Shown piece after piece: positions 42,648 through 51,895 of a stretch of 64,000 nt of DNA; position 1 is the stretch's first letter, and each line of letters starts with the position of its first letter. The stretch comes from an uncultured Actinomycetes bacterium. GTDB lineage: Bacteria > Actinomycetota > Thermoleophilia > UBA2241. The DNA lies in assembly GCA_963709345.1 (NCBI GenBank), contig CAVPVX010000003.1, positions 60,961 to 124,960 of the forward strand, in the 5' to 3' direction. The notes beneath the pieces were generated by a model. That model had not been told where the DNA came from, did not search any database, and saw only the letters and a list, made by a program, of their open reading frames with translations. A program made the position numbers and the translations under genes.

Positions 42648-43448
42648 CTAGAAGAGGCCGAGCTGCTCCGGTCCGGCCGGCGCGACGTGCCCATCCGGCT
42701 CGGGTCCGGCAGGGGGCGTATCGGCGTCAGCGGAGCCGGAGGAGGAACCCTCCTGCTGCCGCGTGGCCGGCGGCGCGACAGAAGACCTGAGGCGTTCGGG
42801 CGGCTGCCACGCCGGCCGCTCCACGGCCGGCGGCGCGGCTGCCTCCGCGCACTCCGCAGGAGCCGCCTGAGCCAGCAGGTCGGGGAGCCGCCGGAAGTCC
42901 TCTTCCAGCGTCGTGAGCGTCGCCGATGTGTACAGCGCCGCGGCGGGGTGGAAGATCGGGTACAGATACACGCGGTGCCCCCCGATCTCGACGACCCGGG
43001 GCTGCCCGTGGACGCGCGTGATGCCGGTGGGGTCGCCGCTCAGGAGCTTCGTGGCGAAGTTGCCCAGCGTGCACACCACCCTCGGCTCTATGAGCGCGAT
43101 CTGCCGCAAGAGATGCGGGCGGCAGGCGGCGATCTCCTCCGGCCGCGGGTCGCGGTTGTTCGGCGGGCGGCATTTCAGGACGTTGGCGATGAACACATCG
43201 TCCCGCGACAACCGTATGCCACCGAGCAGCTTGTCGAGGAGCTTGCCGGCCTGGCCGACGAACGGCCGGCCCTGCTGGTCCTCGTGATAGCCGGGCGCCT
43301 CGCCGACGAACAGGAGCCCGGCGCCAGGGTCGCCGTCGCCGGCAACGCTGCGTGTGCGCGTCGCGTGAAGGTCGCACAGCGTGCAGGCCTCGACCTCGGC
43401 GCGAAGGGAGTCCAGCTCCGCTACGACGTCGTCAGTGGCAGGTGTCAC
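42648..43448 (-). CDS. Uracil-DNA glycosylase family 4 (4Fe-4S)
   Basis: CTLC, GEAPG..ED.QG.PFVG, NVLKCRPP.NR, HPAA. Confidence 0.93.
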   Translation of the reverse strand: MTPATDDVVAELDSLRAEVEACTLCDLHATRTRSVAGDGDPGAGLLFVGEAPGYHEDQQGRPFVGQAGKLLDKLLGGIRLSRDDVFIANVLKCRPPNNRDPRPEEIAACRPHLLRQIALIEPRVVCTLGNFATKLLSGDPTGITRVHGQPRVVEIGGHRVYLYPIFHPAAALYTSATLTTLEEDFRRLPDLLAQAAPAECAEAAAPPAVERPAWQPPERLRSSVAPPATRQQEGSSSGSADADTPPAGPEPDGHVAPAGPEQLGLF

Positions 43449-43650
43449 AGGAGGAAGCGGCGCAACTGGAGCAGCTCTTGGTCGCTCCCTTGCCGCCGAG
43501 GTTCGCGGACGACGAGTGCACGGCGAACGCCGACAGCAGTCGGCAGACGTCGCCGGAGTGACACGCGGGACACTCGGGCTTGACCCCGTTGCGGACCAGC
43601 TCCTCGAACGCGGTTCCGCAATGGTTGCAGCAGAATTCATAGATCGGCAT
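43432..43650 (-). CDS. FmdB family zinc-ribbon protein
   Basis: MPIYEFCC..CG..FE, CPAC, C-terminal CxxCxxxxCxxC. Confidence 0.88.
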   Translation of the reverse strand: MPIYEFCCNHCGTAFEELVRNGVKPECPACHSGDVCRLLSAFAVHSSSANLGGKGATKSCSSCAASSCDTCH

Positions 43651-43819
43651 GGCGCCAGTGTACCATCCGTCAATTGACGTCGCGCGCGCGAGGCACTACG
43701 CTCACCAAGGCCCGGAGCCGAGCCTCGGCAGGCGACCGGGACACCGCCTGTACTGCACAGGCCGCGGCAGGCGCGGTACCTCCCCGAGCGGGCGGACCGC
43801 AGCCGGAGAGGTCGTGGGC

Positions 43820-44704
43820 TTGACCGTCGATGCGTACCGCTTCTGCGTGATCGGCCCCGGACGGCTGGGGTCGACGCTGCTCGCCGGCCTTCTGGAGGCC
43901 GAGCTCACCGTGAGCGCCGTCGGCGTCCACGCCGACGACGCCACCTCGCTCTTCGACTCGATTCCTCACGTACGCGTGCGCGACGCCGCACTCGAGGCCG
44001 ACGCCTGGTGGCTGGCGGTCCCGGACGACGAGATCCATGGCGTGGCCGGGCGGCTGGCTGAGGCTCTGCCCGGGGCCCGCCTCCCTGGAGCGCCGCAGCC
44101 GCTCGCCGTCCACTCGAGCGGCCTGGGCTCGATCCATCTGCTGAAGCCGCTCGTCGACCAGGGCGTGCGCGTGCTCTGCCTCCACCCCCTGCAGACGTTC
44201 GCCGGCGAGCCGAGCGCCGAGCTGCTGCGGGGCGTGCCGTGCGCCGTCACGGCGCACGAGGAGCGCGACCTGCTGCTCGGCGAGGAGCTCGCCGGCCGGC
44301 TCGGCATGCGTCCCTTCCGGCTCGCCGACGGGCAGAAGACCTTGTATCACCTGGCCGCGGTCGTCGGCTGCAACCTGCTCGTCGCTCTCGAAAGCGAGGC
44401 CAAGCGCCTCATGGACGAAGCCACCGGCGAGAGCCGGGGGCTCGACCACCTGAGCGTGCTCGTGCAGACGACGGTTCGGAACCTCGTCGCCGCGGACGAC
44501 CCGGCGCACGCGCTCACCGGGCCGGTGGCGCGCGGCGACGCAGGCACCGTACGCGCCCACCTGCGCCTCCTCGACCGCGAGAGCCCGCGCCTCGCGCGCA
44601 CTTACCGGGCGCTCTCGCTCGAGGCGCTGGCGCTCGCCGCGCCGCGCCTCGTCGACGAGCAGGTCCGGTCTCTCAGAGATCTGCTGGAAGGCGGCGCGGC
44701 GTGA
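43820..44704 (+). CDS. Rossmann-like + DUF2520 oxidoreductase (PanG-like ketopantoate reductase)
   Basis: IGPGRLG, AVPDD, HSSG, HPLQTF, YHLAA, LTGPVARGD.GTV..H; upstream of panC. Confidence 0.85.
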   Translation: MTVDAYRFCVIGPGRLGSTLLAGLLEAELTVSAVGVHADDATSLFDSIPHVRVRDAALEADAWWLAVPDDEIHGVAGRLAEALPGARLPGAPQPLAVHSSGLGSIHLLKPLVDQGVRVLCLHPLQTFAGEPSAELLRGVPCAVTAHEERDLLLGEELAGRLGMRPFRLADGQKTLYHLAAVVGCNLLVALESEAKRLMDEATGESRGLDHLSVLVQTTVRNLVAADDPAHALTGPVARGDAGTVRAHLRLLDRESPRLARTYRALSLEALALAAPRLVDEQVRSLRDLLEGGAA

Positions 44705-45672
44705 TCGTCGCGCGCACCATCGCCGAGGCGCGGGCCTCGCTGCGCAGGCTGCCGCGGCCCCTCGGCTTCACGCCGACGATGGGTGCGCTGCACGCCGGCC
44801 ACCTCAGCCTCGTCGAGGCGGCGAAGGACCGCTGCGCGAGCGTCGCCGCCTCCCTCTTCGTCAACCCGACGCAGTTCGGGCGCGGTGAGGACCTCGCCGC
44901 CTACCCGCGCAACGAGGCCCGCGACCTCGCGCTGTTCGAGCAGGCGGGCGTCGAGGTCGTGTTCGTGCCGCCCGCAGACGAGATGTACCCCGGCGGCTTC
45001 GCGACGTCGATCCACCTCGGGGGACCGCTCACGGCGTCCTACGAAGGCCGGGAGCGGCCCGGCCACTTCGACGGGGTCTGCACAGTGGTGGCGAAGCTGC
45101 TCGCGATCGTGACTCCCGACATCCTCTTTCTCGGCGAGAAGGACGCTCAGCAGTTGGCCGTGCTCCGGCGCATGGTGCGCGACCTCGACCTGCCGGTCGA
45201 AGTCGCCGGCGCGCCGACCGTGCGCGAGCCGGACGGCCTGGCCATGAGCTCGCGCAACGTCTACCTCACACCGGCGCAGCGCGCCGTCGCGCCCGACCTC
45301 TACCGAGCGCTGCTCGCAGGTGCGACGGCGGCCCGCAGGCCGGGCAGCGGGCCCAAGGATGCGGTCGTCGCCGCCGCGATGCTGTTGGCGGCGCCCGATG
45401 CGGGACTCAGGAACGAGGACGACCGCCTGCGTGAGCTGAAGGGCCGGGCGCCGGCAGGCCTGCCGCACTTCGACATCGACTACATCGCCGTCGTCGACGC
45501 CGAGACGTTCGCCCAGGAGTCGGTCGTCGGGCCGCGCTCACTCTTCATCGGCGCGGCCCGACTCGGCCCCACCCGCCTCATCGACAACGTCTCGGTCGCC
45601 GTGCGTTCGGCGGACGAGCGGGCCACGACGACACCAGCCGGCGCGTACCCCGACCAGGACGCGACCGCATGA
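44701..45672 (+). CDS. panC: Pantoate-beta-alanine ligase
   Basis: PTMGALHAGH, FVNPTQF, RPGHFDGV, GEKDAQQ, AMSSRN, RLIDN. Confidence 0.96.
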   Translation: MIVARTIAEARASLRRLPRPLGFTPTMGALHAGHLSLVEAAKDRCASVAASLFVNPTQFGRGEDLAAYPRNEARDLALFEQAGVEVVFVPPADEMYPGGFATSIHLGGPLTASYEGRERPGHFDGVCTVVAKLLAIVTPDILFLGEKDAQQLAVLRRMVRDLDLPVEVAGAPTVREPDGLAMSSRNVYLTPAQRAVAPDLYRALLAGATAARRPGSGPKDAVVAAAMLLAAPDAGLRNEDDRLRELKGRAPAGLPHFDIDYIAVVDAETFAQESVVGPRSLFIGAARLGPTRLIDNVSVAVRSADERATTTPAGAYPDQDATA

Positions 45673-46160
45673 GAGGAAGGACCATCGTGAGCAGTGTCAT
45701 CAACACCGATCAGAAGGAGCATCAGGTGCGCGAAGGCCTCGCCCGCGTCGTCACCGGCGCCATCGAGTTCTCCAGCCGCGGCGACTCCGACATCAAACGC
45801 ATCACCGACGAGGTGCGCGACGCGGTGCGCCGCAGCGAGCTCCACGACGGCACGGTCACCGTGTTCGCGCCGGGAGCGACCGGCGCGATCACGACCATCG
45901 AGTACGAACCCGGCGTGGTCCAGGACCTGCAGTCCGTTCTCGACGCCATCGTCCCGAGCGACCGCGCCTGGCAGCACAACATCAACAACGGCGACGGCAA
46001 CGGTCACTCGCACGTGCGCGCCGGCCTGCTGGGACCGTCGCTCGTGATCCCCTTCGTGGACGGTGCCCTCACCCTGGGCCGCTGGCAGGAGATCGTCTTC
46101 TGCGACTTCGACGCGCGCCCGCGCGAACGCAGCCTCGTGGTGCAGGTGATGGGAGTATGA
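45669..46160 (+). CDS. YjbQ/UPF0047 family protein
   Basis: GATGAITTIEYEPG, NGHSH, LGRWQEI, DFD.RPR. Confidence 0.9.
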   Translation: MRGRTIVSSVINTDQKEHQVREGLARVVTGAIEFSSRGDSDIKRITDEVRDAVRRSELHDGTVTVFAPGATGAITTIEYEPGVVQDLQSVLDAIVPSDRAWQHNINNGDGNGHSHVRAGLLGPSLVIPFVDGALTLGRWQEIVFCDFDARPRERSLVVQVMGV

Positions 46161-47524
46161 GCGCCGCCGATGCCACCCGCCCCGCGCCAGAGAGGGGCAC
46201 GCCCGCGTCCGGCGCGGACTGCGACCCCTCCCGGCCGCGCCCGATCGTCCAGGTCGCGCTTGACTTCGTCGACCTGCCGCGCGCGCTCGAGGTCGCGCAC
46301 GAGGCCGTCGCCGGCGGCGCCGACTGGGTCGAGGCCGGCACACCGCTGATCAAGGCCGAGGGCCTGGCCGCCGTGCGCGCCCTGAAGGCAGAGTTCCCCG
46401 ACAGGACGATCGTCGCCGACATGAAGACGATGGACGCCGGCCGCACCGAGGTGGAGTACGCGGCCAAGGCCGGCGCCGGCGTCGTCGGCGTGCTCGGCGC
46501 CGCGTCCGACAGCACCATCAAGGAGTGCGCCGAGGCGGCGCGCAACTACGGCTGCAAGCTCATCGTCGACATGATCGAAGTCACCGACCCGGTCGCGCGG
46601 GCCAAGCGTGCCCAGGAGCTCGGCGCCGACTACATCGGCATCCACACGGCGATCGACCAGCAGATGCGCGGCGAAGCGCCGTTCGAGACGCTGCGCGCCG
46701 TGGCCCAGGCGGTCGTCATCCCCGTCTCCGTCGCCGGCGGCATCAACAGCGAGACGGCCGCCGCCGCCGCCGACGCCGGCGCGGCGATCATCGTGGTCGG
46801 CGGAGCCATCATCAAATCGGCCGACGCGGCGGCGGCCACCGCCGAGATCCGCCGCGCCGTGGACGAGCGCGTCTGCATCGAGACGACGCTCTACAAGCGC
46901 GCCGGCGCGGCCGACATCCGCACCGTACTCGAGCAGGTCTCGACCGCGAACGTGAGCGACGCCTGGCACCGGCAGCCGAGCCTGCCGGGCATCCGGCCGC
47001 TGCTGCCGGGCGCCCACCTGTGCGGCCCGGCGGTCACGGTGCGCACCTACGCCGGCGACTGGGCCAAGCCCGTCGAGGCGATCGACGTGTGCAAGCCGGG
47101 CGACGTGCTCGTCGTCGACGCCTGCGACGCGACGCCCGCGATGTGGGGCGAGTTGGCCACCCACAGCGCCATGGTCAAGGGCATCGCCGGCCTTGTGGTG
47201 TGGGGCGCGATCCGCGACACACCGGAGATCGCGCGCCTCGGCTTCCCCGCCTTCAGCAGCAAAGTCTGCGCCAACGCCGGCGAGCCCAAGGGCTTCGGCG
47301 AGATCAACGTGCCGATCACGATCGCCGGGCAGACGGTGCGCCCCGGCGACTGGATCGTCGGCGACGACGACGGCGTGATGGTCCTGTCCCGGGAGCAAGC
47401 CGTGGAGCTCGCCAACCGCGCCATGGACGTGCTCGAGAAGGAGAACCGCCTGCGCGGCGAGATCGACGCCGGCAAGACGCTCGCCGAGGTCGCCTACCTT
47501 CGGAAGTGGGAGAAGGCGCGCTAG
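46157..47524 (+). CDS. 3-hexulose-6-phosphate synthase fused to an RraA/HMG-aldolase-like domain
   Basis: N-domain VQVALD, EAGTPLIK.EG, ADMKTMDAG, VAGGI, VGGAI; C-domain STANVSDA, GPAVTV, WGEL, GAIRD, PGD.IVGDDDGV. Confidence 0.88.
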   Translation: MSAADATRPAPERGTPASGADCDPSRPRPIVQVALDFVDLPRALEVAHEAVAGGADWVEAGTPLIKAEGLAAVRALKAEFPDRTIVADMKTMDAGRTEVEYAAKAGAGVVGVLGAASDSTIKECAEAARNYGCKLIVDMIEVTDPVARAKRAQELGADYIGIHTAIDQQMRGEAPFETLRAVAQAVVIPVSVAGGINSETAAAAADAGAAIIVVGGAIIKSADAAAATAEIRRAVDERVCIETTLYKRAGAADIRTVLEQVSTANVSDAWHRQPSLPGIRPLLPGAHLCGPAVTVRTYAGDWAKPVEAIDVCKPGDVLVVDACDATPAMWGELATHSAMVKGIAGLVVWGAIRDTPEIARLGFPAFSSKVCANAGEPKGFGEINVPITIAGQTVRPGDWIVGDDDGVMVLSREQAVELANRAMDVLEKENRLRGEIDAGKTLAEVAYLRKWEKAR

Positions 47525-47534
47525 ACGAAGCCGC

Positions 47535-47645
47535 TCAGCGCGCGCGGCGGGCGTACCAGGTGAACTGCAGGCTCGCGCCCGCCGCCTGGAAGCGGTCGTC
47601 CACCGCCGGCCCACCCTCGGGGAAGAGGGCGGTGAACGGGTACAT
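47535..47645 (-). pseudogene. Possible C-terminal remnant of a CalY/TasA-like secreted protein
   Basis: YPFTALFPEGGPAVDDRFQAAGASLQFTWYA resembles, from memory, the C-terminal pattern of such proteins; no upstream part. Confidence 0.3.
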
Positions 47646-47703
47646 GCACTTCTCTCTAGCTAGGTATCGGCCGGGAACGGCGCGGGTTTGGTAGGACGGA
47701 GGA

Positions 47704-48204
47704 TCAGGAGGAGGCGAGGCGGGGGGCGAAGCCCCGTACCGCCCCGCGCGCTGGGGCGCCGGCGGCGTGCGCCGCGACAGCAAGGTCGCGACGCAACGGC
47801 CGGCGCCCGAACCGCACCAGGTGGCCGACGCAGCGGCAGTCGCCGGCGCCGAAGCGGGGCGGGCGGCGCTCCGCGCCGGGCAGCCCCGCCAAAGCGCCGG
47901 CGAGCGCACATTCGCCGGTCGCGCCGTCCACGAGCCAGGCCCGCCGCGCCGGGAAGACCGCGAAGAGGTAGTCGGCGTGCCAGCGCAGCGGTTTCTCGAG
48001 CGCGAGATGGCGCGCAACGCGCGCCCTGCGCCCCCGCGCGGCGCTACCCACGTAGGCGTACCAGCCGCGCTCCAGCGTCACGGCTCCGAGCGACCCGATG
48101 CGCACCGAAGACCGGCGCGGCACGTACGTGAGAGAGATGTACAGCCGGGCGGCGGCGGTCGGTGGGCTCGTCCCGCCCGCCCGGCCGATCCCCGCGGCGG
48201 GCAC
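47704..48204 (-). CDS. DUF123 / GIY-YIG-like nuclease (start uncertain)
   Basis: IGSLG, GWYAYVGSA, RVARH, RWHADYL, EC, FGAGDC.C.GHL. Confidence 0.8.
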   Translation of the reverse strand: MPAAGIGRAGGTSPPTAAARLYISLTYVPRRSSVRIGSLGAVTLERGWYAYVGSAARGRRARVARHLALEKPLRWHADYLFAVFPARRAWLVDGATGECALAGALAGLPGAERRPPRFGAGDCRCVGHLVRFGRRPLRRDLAVAAHAAGAPARGAVRGFAPRLASS

Positions 48205-48242
48205 GCCGCTCTCCCCGTCCCCTCGGCCCACCAATGAACCGC

Positions 48243-49223
48243 TCACCTGCCGGGAGGCTCCCAGTCGGCCGCCTTGGCGCTTCGTGGAGGGTCGGCGGTG
48301 CCGCGACGCCGGCGCGAGCCCGGCGCCATACCCCCGCGGCGCGGCTGGCAGCGCGGACAGTAGTGCGTACCGCGGCCGCCGACCACGACGCGTTCGATGG
48401 AGACTCCGCAGACCCGGCACTCCTCGCCGGTACGCTGGTACACGCTCAGGATCTCCTGAAAGCTGCCGCGCTCCCCGGCCGGGTCGATGAAACTCTCGAT
48501 GCTGGAGCCCTCGTGATCGATACCGGCCTGGAGCGTCTCGAGAAGGGCCGCGTGCAGGCGCCGCGCTTCACGCGGCCCAACGCTCCCGGCCGCTCGCAGC
48601 GGGTGAAGACGCGCCCGGAAGAGTGCCTCGTCAGCGTAGATGTTCCCGACCCCGGCCAAGCGGCGCTGGTCGAGCAGGAACGCCTTCAGCGGCGCCTGCC
48701 TGTCCTTCAGCGCGCCGCGCAGATACTCCAGGGTGAACTCCGGGCCGAAGGGCTCCGGCCCCATGCCCCGCGAGGCGAAGAACGCATCCTCGTTCGCCGC
48801 ATCGAGGACCCACAAGCGGCCGAACCGGCGCACGTCCTGGAAGTGGAGCTCCGTGTCCGGATCGAGATGCCAGATGAACCGGGCCGGACGCTCGCCGGAC
48901 TCGGGCCTGAATACGAGCTGCCCGGTCATCCGCAGGTGGATCACAGCGACACTCGCGCCGGCGCCCGCAGGTGGTCCGGCATCGGAGCGACCCGTCACGG
49001 ACGCCGGCCGGCCGGAGGACCCAGGCCACTCGAGGTCGACGAGCAGGTACTTGCCGCGCCGGCGCAGACCGGCCACGCGGCGCCCGGCGAGCAGCCGCCT
49101 CAATTGCGCCTCATCCTGCTCGCTCACAGATGCGTCGTTCACCGTAAGGCCGCTCACCACGAGACCGGGGAGACACGTGAGCAGCCGGCGACGGATCGTC
49201 TCGACCTCGGGGAGCTCGGGCAT
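48243..49223 (-). CDS. mutM: Formamidopyrimidine-DNA glycosylase
   Basis: MPELPEVE, RRGKYL, HLRMTG, D.RRFG, GVGNIYADE, C-terminal zinc finger. Confidence 0.96.
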   Translation of the reverse strand: MPELPEVETIRRRLLTCLPGLVVSGLTVNDASVSEQDEAQLRRLLAGRRVAGLRRRGKYLLVDLEWPGSSGRPASVTGRSDAGPPAGAGASVAVIHLRMTGQLVFRPESGERPARFIWHLDPDTELHFQDVRRFGRLWVLDAANEDAFFASRGMGPEPFGPEFTLEYLRGALKDRQAPLKAFLLDQRRLAGVGNIYADEALFRARLHPLRAAGSVGPREARRLHAALLETLQAGIDHEGSSIESFIDPAGERGSFQEILSVYQRTGEECRVCGVSIERVVVGGRGTHYCPRCQPRRGGMAPGSRRRRGTADPPRSAKAADWEPPGR

Positions 49224-50719
49224 CAGCCGTGCTCGGGCTCGGACGAGGGGTCGGCCCCTGCCTGTGCTCCTGCGTCGCGGTCCCACCAGCGGGCCAGGAA
49301 CCCCCGCGCCTCCCGGGCGTCCGTCACCAGGCCCGCCTCGACCTCTTCCTCCAGGGCGTCCAGCGCCTGACCGACGGCGGGTCCCGGCTCGAGACCGAGC
49401 AATTCCATGACGTCTTCGCCGCTGAGCAGCCGTGGGACCGGCGCCTTACTCACCGACGACCATACGGAGCGCGCCAGCCGGTAGTGGCGGGCGACCGAGG
49501 TGAGTGAGGTCTTCTCGCCGCGCGTCGCCAGCCGGTCGCAGAGCGAGACGACCACGGACTCGAACACCCAAGGGCTCACGTCGCGGCGGTAGCGGGCCAG
49601 GGCGCGACGCGTGAGGGGCTGCTCGCGCACGAGAAAGCCGAGCCGCAGATGCTGTCTGACCAGCGTGCCGAGATACTCGATGAAGCGCCGGCTGAGGTTC
49701 AGGCGCTCGCCGATGCCGGACACCATCCGTCGACCCACCTCGTCGTGGCGCCAGAAGATGATGCGGCCCCGGTCGTCCACGGTGCGCACGACGGGCTTGC
49801 CGATGTCGTGCAGCAGCACCGCCCACGACACCGGCACCTGAGGGTCGACGCCGGGGAGCCCGGCTTCGTCGGGCGGCGTGAGGTGGCTGCGGCCGCCGAG
49901 CTGGACGATCACCCCGCACACGTAGGTCAGCGCCTCGAGTGTGTGCTCGAACACGTCGAGATGATGGTACGGATTCTGCTCGACGCCGCGCAGACGGTCC
50001 AGCTCGGGCAGCACCTCCGCCAGTGCCCCCCAGACGGCCAAGTCGCGCAGAGCGAGGGAGGCGCCGCGCGTCGCGAGCAGCGCCGACAGCTCGTCACGCA
50101 CCCGCTCGCCGCTGGCGCCGGAGAGCCCGGGAGCGGCGCGGAACGCCGCTTCCGTCGCCGCGGCGTCGGGCACGAGCTCGAACGTGCGTGCCAGCCGAGC
50201 GAGCCGCATCACGCGCAACGGGTCGTCGGCGAGAGCAGTGGGCGAGCACAGCCGCAGGCGTCCGGCGGCGAGGTCGTCGATGCCCCTGAGCGGATCGACG
50301 AGTGCTTCTCCGTCGAGAGGCCGGGCCAGCGCGTCGACGGTCACGTCGCGGGCGCGCAGGTCGGCCTCGAGCCGCACGGCGCGCGTGGCGGCGTCGGGCG
50401 GCGCGCCGGGAGGTCCGGCGCGCAACGGCGTGACGTCGACGTGCAGGTCGCCGACGATGACACGCCAGTGCCCGAAGACCTCGGAGGTGGCGAACACGGC
50501 GCCGCCGAAGCGGTCGGCCAGCGCACGCGCCAGCGGCTCGGCGGACCCGTCGAGGGCGATGTCGATGTCGCGTACCCGCCGCCCCAGCAACTCGTCGCGC
50601 AAGCAGCCGCCGACCAGCCACCCGGCCTCGCCCGGACGGAGAGCGGCGTGCGCCGCGCGGGTCACCTCGTCCGAGGACGGCGGCGCGGTGGAGTAGCGGG
50701 AGGCGGGCACGGCCGTCAC
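49223..50719 (-). CDS. tRNA nucleotidyltransferase/poly(A) polymerase family with HD domain
   Basis: VGGCLRD..LG...DID, RDVTVDA, DDPLR, HHLDVFEHT, LLHDIGKP. Confidence 0.85.
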   Translation of the reverse strand: MTAVPASRYSTAPPSSDEVTRAAHAALRPGEAGWLVGGCLRDELLGRRVRDIDIALDGSAEPLARALADRFGGAVFATSEVFGHWRVIVGDLHVDVTPLRAGPPGAPPDAATRAVRLEADLRARDVTVDALARPLDGEALVDPLRGIDDLAAGRLRLCSPTALADDPLRVMRLARLARTFELVPDAAATEAAFRAAPGLSGASGERVRDELSALLATRGASLALRDLAVWGALAEVLPELDRLRGVEQNPYHHLDVFEHTLEALTYVCGVIVQLGGRSHLTPPDEAGLPGVDPQVPVSWAVLLHDIGKPVVRTVDDRGRIIFWRHDEVGRRMVSGIGERLNLSRRFIEYLGTLVRQHLRLGFLVREQPLTRRALARYRRDVSPWVFESVVVSLCDRLATRGEKTSLTSVARHYRLARSVWSSVSKAPVPRLLSGEDVMELLGLEPGPAVGQALDALEEEVEAGLVTDAREARGFLARWWDRDAGAQAGADPSSEPEHG

Positions 50720-51894
50720 AGCGCGGGAGCGGCGCCGCGATAGCGGCGCACCACCCGCGGCGCCACGTCACACGCGACCTCGTAGTTGATCGTGCCGAGC
50801 AGCCGCGCCACTTCTTCGCAGAGGATGCGCGGCGCGTCCGGAGCGTCCGGGAGCGCCTCGTGGGGAGGACTCCAGTAGACGTTGCCGCCATCCGCGCGCC
50901 CGCCCCCCGCGGCGCCGAAGAAGACGACCTCGTCGCCGGGCCTGCCGTGGTCGTCCGGCAGGCGTACGGTGAGCTGGTCCATGCTGATGGTGCCGACCAT
51001 CGGGCAGCGGCGCCCGGCGACCAGCACTTCTCCCCGGTTGCCCAACGCCCGACGAACCCCGTCCGCATAGCCGACGGGCACGATGCCGATGCGGGTCGCC
51101 TCGGCGGCACGGAACGTGCGGCCGTACCCGACCGAGTCGCCGGGCTTCGCCACCCGCACACCGGCGACGTACGACAGCACCTTCATCGCCGGGCGAAGGC
51201 CGTCCTCGAAGGGGTCGTCGTTCGCAGGCGAGAGACCGTACATGGCGATACCGGTGCGCACCATGTCGAAGTGGGCCCGCGGCCCCCGCAGCGTGGCCGC
51301 GCTGTTCGCCGTGTGACACAGGAGCGCCGGATACCGGACCTTGAGTTCGGCCGCGAGCTCCGCGAACCGGCCGAGTTGGAGCTCGTAGAACGCCGTGGCC
51401 GCCTCGTCCGCCGTGGCGAAGTGGCTCATGAGACCGACGAGCGCGCCGCCGGCCGCCGCGCGCTCGCAGAGGCCGACCGTCTCGTCGCGTGTGACCCCGA
51501 GGCGGCCCATGCCGGTGTCGTACTTGACGTGCACCCGTGCCCCGAGCCGGCACGCCTCCGCGAGAAACGGCGCCGACCAGGCGACGACATCGGCGCCGGC
51601 CGCCACGGCGCGCGCGAGCCCCGATCCCGTGAGCGGCCCGAAGATGATGATGGGGGGCGTCAGGCCGGCGGCGCGCAGCTCCTCGGCCTCGGGGGCCGTG
51701 GCGACGCCCAGCCACGCGGAGCCCGCCTCGAGCGCGGCGCGCGCTACGGGCACGGCACCGTGACCGTAGCCGTTCGCCTTGACGACGGCGCAATGGACGG
51801 CGCCCTGCGGGAGGTCCCGCATGAGGCGCCGGACGTTGTGACGGATGGATTCGAGGTCGACCTCCGCCACCGCGCGGTGACGACCGGCCAGCAC
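50716..51894 (-). CDS. alr: Alanine racemase
   Basis: AVVKANGYGHG, DTGMGRLG, SHFATAD, VRTGIAMYG, GYADG, SMDQ. Confidence 0.96.
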   Translation of the reverse strand: MLAGRHRAVAEVDLESIRHNVRRLMRDLPQGAVHCAVVKANGYGHGAVPVARAALEAGSAWLGVATAPEAEELRAAGLTPPIIIFGPLTGSGLARAVAAGADVVAWSAPFLAEACRLGARVHVKYDTGMGRLGVTRDETVGLCERAAAGGALVGLMSHFATADEAATAFYELQLGRFAELAAELKVRYPALLCHTANSAATLRGPRAHFDMVRTGIAMYGLSPANDDPFEDGLRPAMKVLSYVAGVRVAKPGDSVGYGRTFRAAEATRIGIVPVGYADGVRRALGNRGEVLVAGRRCPMVGTISMDQLTVRLPDDHGRPGDEVVFFGAAGGGRADGGNVYWSPPHEALPDAPDAPRILCEEVARLLGTINYEVACDVAPRVVRRYRGAAPAL

Positions 51895-51895
51895 C

